Origin: Candidatus Eiseniibacteriota bacterium
GTDB lineage: Bacteria; Eisenbacteria; RBG-16-71-46
DNA length: 16,233 nt
Assembly (NCBI GenBank): GCA_044222065.1
Contig: JBGAOA010000029.1
Location: 2,835-19,067 of the forward strand
Direction of reading: 5' to 3'
This document shows positions 8,645 through 16,232 of the stretch, in pieces. The translations under genes and the position numbers were made by a program. A model generated the notes under the pieces. It saw only the letters and a program-made list of their open reading frames with translations, made no database searches and was not told the origin of the DNA. Each line of letters starts with the position of its first letter. Position 1 is the stretch's first letter.

Positions 8645-10231
8645 CTACATCATGTACGCCTCGACGATGTCGTCGTTCTCGATGAAGTAGAGCATGTTCT
8701 CGACTTCGTCCACGACGTACACGGGCGTTTTCTCGTTCAGGGCGGCGCTCGAGATCAGCTTGCCGTCCATCCGGCCCACGCGCGCGATCCCGGAGACCTT
8801 CTTGCCGTTCGGACCCGGCACCATCGTGAGGATGTAGAGCGACGTCGCCGACTCCATCGACGCGCGGAAGCGCTTCCCGAGGAGCGGATTCGAGGCCACG
8901 TAGTAAGTCTGGTCGCGGCCGTAGCGCTGTGCGCGGTCGTAGGCGGAGCCGGCGGCGGCCGCGTTCACCGCGGCGGTGAGCAGCCCGGCGCCCAGCTTGG
9001 CCCAGCCGCTCGTGCTCGGCGCTTCGTAGTAGGCGCGAACGATTTCCTTTCCGCTTGCATCGAGGCGCAGGAGCGTCTGGTTCGACGTCATCAGCGTGCC
9101 GCCGTCCTCGAGCAGCTCGAGGTTGCTCGGAACCTCGCCCTCCTTGAACTTGAACTTGGCGAGAATCCGGTCGGCGCCCTGCGCGAGCGACACTTCGTGC
9201 ACTTCGTTGTCCGCGCAGATGTAGAGGTTGTCGCCCTTCATGTCGAACGACGTGGCGTCCTGGAGATCCTTGAACGGCTTCGCCCATACCGACTCGCCGG
9301 TCTTCGGATTCAGGCAGTCGATGAAGGGCTTGCCCGCGATCTTGCCGTCGTCCTTCACGTACGGCGCGCCGCGCACGACGAGCCCCGCCGCGGACATGCC
9401 CATCTGCACGGGGCGGCCACGGAAGTCCTTCTCCTTCGCCCACAGGAGTGCGCCCGTCTTCGCGTCGATCGCCTGAACGCTCTTCTCGTAGGGAACGTAA
9501 ATCACTCCATCCTTCGCCCACATCGCGCAGAAGCCGTAGTTGAGCGCGGCCGGCGTCTTGCCTTTGAGGCCCGCGCACACCCACTTCTTCTCGCCGGTGT
9601 TGACGTCGATGCACACCGGACCGTCCTCGGTCACCCACAGCACCAGGCTCTCGTCGTCGGGAAACGCGGGCGGCTGGTTGCCCGCGACCGACTGGCGCTT
9701 GAACAGCTTTCCGCTGCCCTTCACCTCGTGAAGCAGCAGGTACTTGTCGAACAACTTGTCCTGCTGCCACTTGATCTCGCCGGTCTCGGTGTCGAGTCCC
9801 ACGAGCGTCGGCTTCTGGCCCGTCTTCACCGTGCCGAACACGACCAGCATCCGCTTGTGCGCAATCTGGAACTGGCCCTGCGAGTTCTTGAAGGGGAGTT
9901 TCGACGAATCCCACTTCGTCTTTCCGGTCTCGAGGTCGATCACCTCGAACTGTTTGCCGTCGAGAAGCGCGTACGGAGTGTTTTCGATCTCGTCGTAGCT
10001 GCATTCCTTGAGCTTCGCGAGGTCGGCGCGTTCCCACAGGACCTTTCCGGTCGCGGGGTCCAGGGCCGTCACTGCTTGCGAATGACTGACGACCAGCGAG
10101 CCGAGTGAGGAAACCTTCTGGAACTGGATCTCTCCGGCCTTGAAGGACCACGCAGGGTCCCCGGCCTGGGCGCTGGTCACGATCACGGCCAACAATGGGG
10201 CGGTGAACGCTACTCGAAGCACTCGATGCAT
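8645..10231 (-). CDS. Secreted PQQ-binding-like (BamB-like) beta-propeller repeat protein
   Basis: Signal-peptide-like N-terminus ending in AQA. Repeated blade motifs ALDPATGKVLW, IDLETGKTKW, LDTETGEIKW, IDVNTGEKKW, IDAKTGALLW and LNPKTGESVW. Confidence 0.85.
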   Translation of the reverse strand: MHRVLRVAFTAPLLAVIVTSAQAGDPAWSFKAGEIQFQKVSSLGSLVVSHSQAVTALDPATGKVLWERADLAKLKECSYDEIENTPYALLDGKQFEVIDLETGKTKWDSSKLPFKNSQGQFQIAHKRMLVVFGTVKTGQKPTLVGLDTETGEIKWQQDKLFDKYLLLHEVKGSGKLFKRQSVAGNQPPAFPDDESLVLWVTEDGPVCIDVNTGEKKWVCAGLKGKTPAALNYGFCAMWAKDGVIYVPYEKSVQAIDAKTGALLWAKEKDFRGRPVQMGMSAAGLVVRGAPYVKDDGKIAGKPFIDCLNPKTGESVWAKPFKDLQDATSFDMKGDNLYICADNEVHEVSLAQGADRILAKFKFKEGEVPSNLELLEDGGTLMTSNQTLLRLDASGKEIVRAYYEAPSTSGWAKLGAGLLTAAVNAAAAGSAYDRAQRYGRDQTYYVASNPLLGKRFRASMESATSLYILTMVPGPNGKKVSGIARVGRMDGKLISSAALNEKTPVYVVDEVENMLYFIENDDIVEAYMM

Positions 10232-10478
10232 CCCGGTCTGTCTCCCGTTGGAGGTGTGATGGAGCCCCGCCGGGAGTCTCCCGACGGGGCCGAGCGCGGC
10301 AGACTAGTCGAAATGACCGCCTTTCGGCGAGGCGACGAGTCGTCGTGCTCGGCGAACCGTCGACGCGCTTCACCGCCACCCGCGGTCGGGACCGCGTCGT
10401 CGGATTGGCCGTATGATGCGCCGACGCTGCGGCGGCACGTGCGCGCCCGGCGGCTCCCCGATCTCAAGGAGCATCCCC

Positions 10479-11150
10479 GTGACGACCATCCCCTCCTTCG
10501 GCGAGAACGTCGAGGCGTATCCGGTTCCCGTGCTCAACGAGCGCGAGATCCGCGCCGCGGCGGGGATCCTGTTCCTCGCGACGTTCCTGTCGCTGCTGTT
10601 CATCCTGTTCGACAACAACTTCCTTCCCATCCGCTTCGTGATCCCGGTGTTCCTCGCGGACTTCCTCGTCCGCGTGCTCGTGAGCCCGCGCTACTCGCCG
10701 ACGCTGATCCTCGGGCGGCTCATCGTCGGGAACCAGACGCCGGAGTACGTCGCCGCCGCCCCGAAGAAGCTCGCGTGGACGATCGGCATCGCGCTCTCGG
10801 CGCTGATGTTCGTGCTCATGGTGCTCCTGAACACGTACGGCCCGGTCAGCGGCATCACGTGCCTCGTGTGCCTGATCTTCCTGTTCTTCGAGTCGGCGTT
10901 CGGCATCTGCCTCGGCTGCAAGTTCTACGGTCTCGTGTACCGCAGGCCGCCCACGCTCTGCCCGGGGGAGGTGTGCGACGTGAAGTCACGACAATCGATC
11001 CAGCGCACGTCGGCCGCTCAGTGGCTCGTGCTGCTCGCGGCCGTCGTGCTCGTCGTCGCGGCATCGTTCGCGTTCTCGAAGCGATTCTCGGCGCCCGCGC
11101 GCCCGTTGTTCGGCGAGGCGACGGCCGCGACGTTCGAGTCGCGCGCGTGA
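10479..11150 (+). CDS. DUF4395-like integral membrane protein
   Basis: NEREIRAAAG, PKKLAWTIG, LFFESAFGICLGC and CPGEVC, with several hydrophobic helices. AAGGAG RBS supports GTG 10479 over the track's 10413. Confidence 0.8.
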   Translation: MTTIPSFGENVEAYPVPVLNEREIRAAAGILFLATFLSLLFILFDNNFLPIRFVIPVFLADFLVRVLVSPRYSPTLILGRLIVGNQTPEYVAAAPKKLAWTIGIALSALMFVLMVLLNTYGPVSGITCLVCLIFLFFESAFGICLGCKFYGLVYRRPPTLCPGEVCDVKSRQSIQRTSAAQWLVLLAAVVLVVAASFAFSKRFSAPARPLFGEATAATFESRA

Positions 11151-11175
11151 TCCTCGGCGCGCACGAGGTGATGCG

Positions 11176-13572
11176 GTGGTGACGCCCGGTGGCGGACTGT
11201 TCGCGCCCGGCGAGCTGCTCGCGGGCCGCTTCCGCATCGTGCGGGAGATGGCCCGCGGCGGAATGGGCGTCGTCTACGAAGCCCGCGACGAGAAGCTGGA
11301 CCGGCGCGTCGCGATCAAGGCCGCGCTCTCGGGCCACGCGCGCCTGCTGTCGCCCGAGGTGCGGAACGCGAGCGCCGTGAGCCATCCCAACGTCTGCCGG
11401 ATCTTCGAACTCCACACGGCACGCTCCGCGGCCGGCGAAGTGGACTTCATCACGATGGAGTTCCTGGAAGGGGAGACGCTCGCGCACCGCATCGCGAGCG
11501 GCCCGCTCGCAGACTCGGAAGCGCGCGCGATCGGGCTCCAGCTCTGCGCCGGGCTCGCCGAGGCGCACCGCAATCACGTCGTGCACGGCGACCTGAAGCC
11601 GCAGAACGTCCTCCTGAGCCGCGCGCCCGATGGCGCCGTGCGCGCGGTGCTCATGGACTTCGGCCTCGCCCGCGGCCCGAACCAGCGCGGCGCGTTGGGC
11701 GGAACGCCGGGCTACATGGCGCCCGAACTGCTCGCGGGCGGGAACGCCTCGGTGGCCTCGGACCTCTACGCGCTCGGCGTGATCCTGCACGAACTCGTCT
11801 CCGGCCTGCGCCCGCGCGAGCGCGCCGCGGAACTCGCGCCGACGGTGACCGTCTCCGACGACGCGACGCGGGCGGAACCCGGCGGGGCCGCGCCCTGGGC
11901 GCAGCCGCCGCCGCTGCCCCTCGGGCGGCGCTGGGATCCGATCCTCCGCCGCTGCCTCGCGGAGGATCCGGACGCGCGCTTTCGCGACGTCGCCGAGCTG
12001 CAGCGCGCGCTCGACCCGCCGCGCGGGCGCGGCGCCCTGCTCGCTGTTGCGCTCGTGCTCGTGGCCGCGGCGGTGGGATTCGCGTACTGGCGGGTCACGG
12101 CCCCCGCGACGACGGTGAAGCTCGCGGTGCGATCGTCCGTCGAAGCAAAGGACGCGCTCGCGGCGCTCCGCGGCACGCGGACGCGCGGCTACCGCATCGT
12201 GCACGACGCGGGTGACGCGACGCACGTCCTGAGCGTCGAGGGCGGGGGCGCGGGTGACACGACGCTCGCCGTCGAGCTGACCGACGCGCGCACGCGGGCC
12301 ACGGTCGCGCGCTGGAAGCGCGCTTACGCGGCGGACGAGCGGCGCTACGCGCCGGCGGCGATCGCAGGTGTCGTGAGCGCGGCGCTGCACCTCACGCCGC
12401 CGCCGCAGCGCTTCCGCAGCGCCGAGGCGCGCGCGCTCTACGAACGCGCCCTGCCGCTGCTCCGGCGCGACGAACTCGTGGATTCCGCGCGCACGCTCAT
12501 GCTCGCCGCCGCGGCCGCCGAGCCGTCCTCGCCGCTGCCGTGGGCGGGCGCCGCCGAGGCCGAGTGGCGCCAGTACTACCTTCGCTCCACCGACGACTGG
12601 CTGGCGCGGGCGCGCGAGTCGGTCCGCCGCGCCGAGTGGCGCGGCCTCGACACGCCCGAGGTGCACCGCATCGCGGGTCAGCTCGAAACGAAGGACGGCC
12701 GGTTCGCGCAGGCGATCGAGCGCTTCGTGCGGGCGACCGAGCTGCCGAGCGCGAACTCCGACGCGTGGCGCCGGCTCGGGGACGCCTACCGGCGCAACAA
12801 CCAGCCCGAGCTCGGACTCAACGCACTGCGCAAAGCCGTCGAGATCGAACCCGACTTCTACCGCAACCACCAGGAGCTGGGCTCGTGGTTCTTCAACCGC
12901 GGCGACTACCGCGCGGCCATTCCCGAGCTGCGGACGGCCGTGACGCTCGCGCCGGACATGGCGCGGCTGCGCTCGGTGCTCGCGTCGGCGCTCATGAACG
13001 TTGGCGAGTTCGCCGACGCGGAGCGGGAGCTGCGCACGGTGCTGTCGCAGCGCGAGGAATCCACCGTCCTGCATTCCCTCGGACAGGTGCTCATGTACCA
13101 GTCGCGCGATCGCGACGCGGCGCCGTTCTTCCGGCGCGCGATCGAGCTCGACAGCACGCTGTTCCTGAGCGGGCTCTACCTGGGCGACTGCCTGCGGTCG
13201 ATGGGAGCGCCCGCCGATGCCCGCGCCGCGTACGCGCGCAGCTTCGCCGTGGCCGAGCGCAACGTCCGGCAGTCGCCCCAGAGCGGCTACTACCGCGCGT
13301 TCCTCGCGCACCTGTGCGCGCGGCTCGGCGACGTGGCGCGCGCCGAAGCCGAGATCGCGCAGGCCCTGCGATCGTCGCCCGACCAGGCGGACGTGCTTTG
13401 GGAGGCGGCGCTGACGTATGAGATGGTCGGCCGCCGAGACGACGCCGTCGCGGTTCTCGCGACGATGCCGCGCGGCGTCCTCGAAGACCTGTCCCGCTGG
13501 CCGGCCGCGGCATCGCTCGTGCGGGACGAACGCTTCCGCCCGCTGTTGCAGGCCTCATCGCAGGCGCCGTGA
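11176..13572 (+). CDS. Hanks-type Ser/Thr protein kinase with one TM helix and C-terminal TPR repeats
   Basis: ARGGMGVVY, VAIK, HPNVC, HGDLKPQNV, DFGLA, GTPGYMAPE and SDLYALG. TM segment GALLAVALVLVAAAVGFAYW (12031-12090). TPR-like units such as AWRRLGDAY...ALRKAVEIEPDF and LHSLGQVL...FRRAIELDS. GAGGTG RBS upstream. Confidence 0.93.
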   Translation: MVTPGGGLFAPGELLAGRFRIVREMARGGMGVVYEARDEKLDRRVAIKAALSGHARLLSPEVRNASAVSHPNVCRIFELHTARSAAGEVDFITMEFLEGETLAHRIASGPLADSEARAIGLQLCAGLAEAHRNHVVHGDLKPQNVLLSRAPDGAVRAVLMDFGLARGPNQRGALGGTPGYMAPELLAGGNASVASDLYALGVILHELVSGLRPRERAAELAPTVTVSDDATRAEPGGAAPWAQPPPLPLGRRWDPILRRCLAEDPDARFRDVAELQRALDPPRGRGALLAVALVLVAAAVGFAYWRVTAPATTVKLAVRSSVEAKDALAALRGTRTRGYRIVHDAGDATHVLSVEGGGAGDTTLAVELTDARTRATVARWKRAYAADERRYAPAAIAGVVSAALHLTPPPQRFRSAEARALYERALPLLRRDELVDSARTLMLAAAAAEPSSPLPWAGAAEAEWRQYYLRSTDDWLARARESVRRAEWRGLDTPEVHRIAGQLETKDGRFAQAIERFVRATELPSANSDAWRRLGDAYRRNNQPELGLNALRKAVEIEPDFYRNHQELGSWFFNRGDYRAAIPELRTAVTLAPDMARLRSVLASALMNVGEFADAERELRTVLSQREESTVLHSLGQVLMYQSRDRDAAPFFRRAIELDSTLFLSGLYLGDCLRSMGAPADARAAYARSFAVAERNVRQSPQSGYYRAFLAHLCARLGDVARAEAEIAQALRSSPDQADVLWEAALTYEMVGRRDDAVAVLATMPRGVLEDLSRWPAAASLVRDERFRPLLQASSQAP

Positions 13573-13622
13573 GCGGCGCTCGAACGTCACCGCAAGGCAC
13601 TCCCATCCCGGAGGGAACACCC

Positions 13623-13877
13623 ATGAGCGCAAGGAAGAAGGCGTCGAAGAAGTCCCGCAAGAGCTCCGCGCTGAAGGGCGGGGGCGGAAACCTCCCGAGC
13701 AGCGGCGACCTCGGTGGCGGCGGCGGCAACCTGCCTTCGAGCGGGGATCTCGGCGGCGGGAGCGGATGGCGCAAGCCGGCGAAGAAGCGCTCGAGCGCGA
13801 AGAAGACCACGCGCAAGGCGGCGAAGAAGAAGGCGGTCCGACGGAAGGCCGCGCGGAAGTCCGCGAAGCGACGCTGA
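13623..13877 (+). CDS. 84-aa Lys/Arg-rich protein with two internal GGGGNLPSSGDLG repeats (histone-H1-like arms; candidate precursor peptide)
   Basis: GGAGGG RBS before ATG 13623 (alternative GTG 13569 overlaps the kinase stop). 28 of 84 residues are K/R, and all Lys codons are AAG. Repeat copies differ only synonymously in this frame. The stop is 3 nt before the next ATG. Confidence 0.8.
   Translation: MSARKKASKKSRKSSALKGGGGNLPSSGDLGGGGGNLPSSGDLGGGSGWRKPAKKRSSAKKTTRKAAKKKAVRRKAARKSAKRR
13677..13754 (+). repeat. Two tandem 39-bp units encoding identical 13-aa peptides
   Basis: 13677-13715: ggc ggg ggc gga aac ctc ccg agc agc ggc gac ctc ggt. 13716-13754: ggc ggc ggc ggc aac ctg cct tcg agc ggg gat ctc ggc. 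There are 10 nt differences and 0 amino-acid differences. Confidence 0.95.
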
Positions 13878-13880
13878 TCG

Positions 13881-14483
13881 ATGAGCCGCGAGGGATCGGC
13901 GCCCGCGCCGACCGAACCTCGACGCCTCGGCGTGCCGCTGCGGAAGCAGCAGGCGTCGGAGTGGTGCTGGGCCGCCGTCTCGCAGGCGATCGACCGCTTC
14001 TACGATCCCGAATCGGATCTGCAGCAGTGCCGGATCGTCGGCGGCGCGCTCCATCGCGCGTGCTGCGGCAAGGGTGACGCGCCGGGGCCCGATGACGCGT
14101 GCAACCGTCCCGGCTACCTGCACCTCGTGCTCGACGGACTCGGACTGCTCGTGAAATCGGACGACGATCCGAGGTCGGGTGCGATCCAGGGTCCGGTGTC
14201 GTTCGACCGGCTGCGTCGCGAGATCGACCACGGCCGGCCCGTGTGCGTGCTCATCAAGTGGCGCGGCGGCGGCGGCCGCGGCCACTTCATCCTGATCGAA
14301 GGCTACTCGGTGTCGGCATCGCGGACGCCCTACGTGTACGTGAGGAATCCGATGTCCCCGAGGTCCAGCTCGCGTCATCCGTACGACGTGATCGCGTCGC
14401 AGGGGAGCGATGGCGGCTACCAGGACGGGCAGGGCGTGTGGGCGTACTCGTTCCTCGTCCGTCCCCGCGCAGGGAAGTCCTGA
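13881..14483 (+). CDS. Papain-like (clan CA; C39-like/C70-like) cysteine protease, stand-alone, no signal peptide
   Basis: Q23-x5-C29 in KQQASEWCWAA, EIDHGRPV, His135 in GGGGRGHFILIEGY, and Asn156 in VYVRNP. Additional Cys cluster C50/C61/C62/C74. Confidence 0.85.
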   Translation: MSREGSAPAPTEPRRLGVPLRKQQASEWCWAAVSQAIDRFYDPESDLQQCRIVGGALHRACCGKGDAPGPDDACNRPGYLHLVLDGLGLLVKSDDDPRSGAIQGPVSFDRLRREIDHGRPVCVLIKWRGGGGRGHFILIEGYSVSASRTPYVYVRNPMSPRSSSRHPYDVIASQGSDGGYQDGQGVWAYSFLVRPRAGKS

Positions 14484-14485
14484 GC

Positions 14486-15052
14486 GTGCCGCTCCTGTTC
14501 GTGGCGCCCACGTCCGCCGTGCTCGCGACCTACGCCGCGGGGCTGCTCGACCTCACGGGGACGCCGCCGCCCGACGAGGGCGCGATCCACGTGCCCGTGT
14601 GGACGATCGACCTCGAGTCGATCGCGAACGGCGTCGGCGCCGAGAACGAGCAGTCGTCCGGCTGCCGCTTCTACGCTTCATATCCGCCACCGCTCGGAAC
14701 GCTGTCGAGCGAGATGACGAATCCGTCCGACTACGGGAAGGCGAAGTTCCGCAGCCTCCTCGACGGCGAACTCGCGGAGTGGGGCTGGAGCCGCATCCAG
14801 CAGATCCGATCGCTGCGGGAGCTCGCCCGCGCCGACTACGAGCTGCACCTCCTGAGTCTCCCGAGCCTGTTCGCGGAGGCGTTCTACCTGCGGGCCGCGG
14901 AGAGCGAAGGGGGACACCTCGTCGTGCCGCTCGACCTGTTCGCCGAAGGGCTGGCGCCTCCCGCGGCGCAGGATGTCGCGGCGTACCTGGCCGCGCTGCG
15001 GCCGGCCGCGCGAGCGCGCAGAGCGACGGTAGAGGATCCACTGCTGCCGTGA
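14486..15052 (+). CDS. Hypothetical protein (188 aa), probable partner of the papain-like protease
   Basis: GTG 2 nt after the protease stop. Globular-looking composition with GC3-rich codons (HVPVWTIDL, GCRFY, YELHLLSLPSLFAEAFYL, LVVPL). The track's 5' extension to 14099 is off-frame shadow of the protease gene. Confidence 0.75.
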   Translation: MPLLFVAPTSAVLATYAAGLLDLTGTPPPDEGAIHVPVWTIDLESIANGVGAENEQSSGCRFYASYPPPLGTLSSEMTNPSDYGKAKFRSLLDGELAEWGWSRIQQIRSLRELARADYELHLLSLPSLFAEAFYLRAAESEGGHLVVPLDLFAEGLAPPAAQDVAAYLAALRPAARARRATVEDPLLP

Positions 15053-15074
15053 GGCCGGGCTCGGATCGGATCGC

Positions 15075-16232
15075 TCAGCGCTTGCCGACGTCCTCCAGCG
15101 GATCGCCGAGGATGGACTTGCCCGCGAGCGAGGTCGCCGCGCCGTAGAGCGCGATGCCGAGCAGCAGCGCCATCGGCAGCAGCACGAGCCCGGCGTACCA
15201 CGAGCCGAAGTCGAGCGTCGACGCGGTGCCGCCGAGCACGAGCGCCGTGAACGCGCCGGCGACGGTCGCGAGCAAGCCCAGCCGCACGACGACGACGAGG
15301 CTCACGACCTGCCAGAAGCCCCACACGAGCGCCAGCTTCCATCCGAGGTCCGGCGCGAGCCCGACGGCGGAGTAATAGAGGTAGAGCAGGCCCGCAACGG
15401 CGAGCGCGAGATCCGTACGACGCACGACGAGCCGCACGAGCAGGAGCACGAACAGCCACTGGAGGACGTTGAGCACGCAAATGGACCCGGCGTAGCACAT
15501 GCTCACCGCCGTGAATCCGGCGCTCCCGATCGCCTCGAACATGGTGCTGCTCGTCAGCGCAGGCACCGTGCCGAGTCCGAACCGCGGCGCGAGCGCAAAC
15601 GTCGCGATGCCGAGCGTCGAGATCACGGCGCCGAGGGCGACGCCCACGAGCAGGTCGCGGCCGACGAGCGGATCGCGCAGTCGTCCGGTCAGGAGCCGCG
15701 CCCACGACACGAGCACACGCGGCCACACCCGCCTCACGTAGGGTTCGAGCGCGACGTACGCGAACCACATGCCCATGGCGTGAATCAGCGCGTGACCCTG
15801 CGCGCGCCCCGAGAACACGTCGCGGAGCACGCCGACGATGCCGACCTCGGAGAGCCGCGTGGCGAACACCGCTTCGCCCACGTTCATGAGGAACACGAAC
15901 GCCGCGATGCGCGTCGCACCGCGCCAGTCGCCGCGCCCGAGCTGCAGGTTGCGCATCGCGAAGTAGAGCGCGAGCAGGTAGGGCGCGACGTCGAACAGGA
16001 ACTCGATCAGGAGGTCGCTCGCCTGCTTCGGCACCGGGCGCACGACGTCCACCGGAGTCGCCGGCACGCCCCACGGACTCACGACGGAGAAGTGCGTGAG
16101 GCGTCCGCGCGAGGCGCCCATCTGCACGGTCGCCGTGTCCGCGGCGTTCCACGGCGACGGTCCGCGCCACGCCATTGCGGTGTCGCACAGCGCGGGCACG
16201 GGGCGCGCGAGCGCGACCGGCGCGTACGCGGC
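15075..16232 (-). CDS. C-terminal multi-TM part of a membrane protein, resembling the membrane tail of some bacterial Ser/Thr kinases; 5'-truncated by the window edge
   Basis: The frame is open to the window end and has many hydrophobic helices. Motifs RNLQLGRGDWRGA, YVALEPYVRRVWP and SWARLLTGRLRDPLVGRDLLVG match my recollection of kinase-linked membrane domains. No kinase domain is visible inside the window. Confidence 0.7.
   Translation of the reverse strand, partial: AAYAPVALARPVPALCDTAMAWRGPSPWNAADTATVQMGASRGRLTHFSVVSPWGVPATPVDVVRPVPKQASDLLIEFLFDVAPYLLALYFAMRNLQLGRGDWRGATRIAAFVFLMNVGEAVFATRLSEVGIVGVLRDVFSGRAQGHALIHAMGMWFAYVALEPYVRRVWPRVLVSWARLLTGRLRDPLVGRDLLVGVALGAVISTLGIATFALAPRFGLGTVPALTSSTMFEAIGSAGFTAVSMCYAGSICVLNVLQWLFVLLLVRLVVRRTDLALAVAGLLYLYYSAVGLAPDLGWKLALVWGFWQVVSLVVVVRLGLLATVAGAFTALVLGGTASTLDFGSWYAGLVLLPMALLLGIALYGAATSLAGKSILGDPLEDVGKR

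Noticed and set aside
10309..10317. CGAAATGAC matching one half of the ars operator region
   Set aside because: Only a 9-bp half-site with no partner arm, so chance is plausible.
10250..11182. Strong GGAGGT followed by ATG 10259 on the plus strand
   Set aside because: The frame it opens overlaps the DUF4395-like gene out of frame and has shadow-like composition.
13677..13754. Tandem repeat as a CRISPR array or DNA-level element
   Set aside because: Only two adjacent units without spacers, conserved at the protein level rather than the DNA level, and no cas genes.
13091..13816. Minus-strand ORF with repeated PPPPRSPL
   Set aside because: It is the antisense of the Gly-rich repeat. Its repeats differ in amino acids, whereas the plus-strand reading is fully synonymous and has an RBS and operon context.
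41..16188. Many long alternative-frame ORFs in the track (e.g. 249..1754, 1797..3320, 5865..7619, 7854..10379, 7895..10108, 10855..13311, 14884..16188)
   Set aside because: They are Arg/Ala/Pro-rich shadows of recognisable genes, expected when stop codons are scarce in very GC-rich DNA, and show no family motifs.
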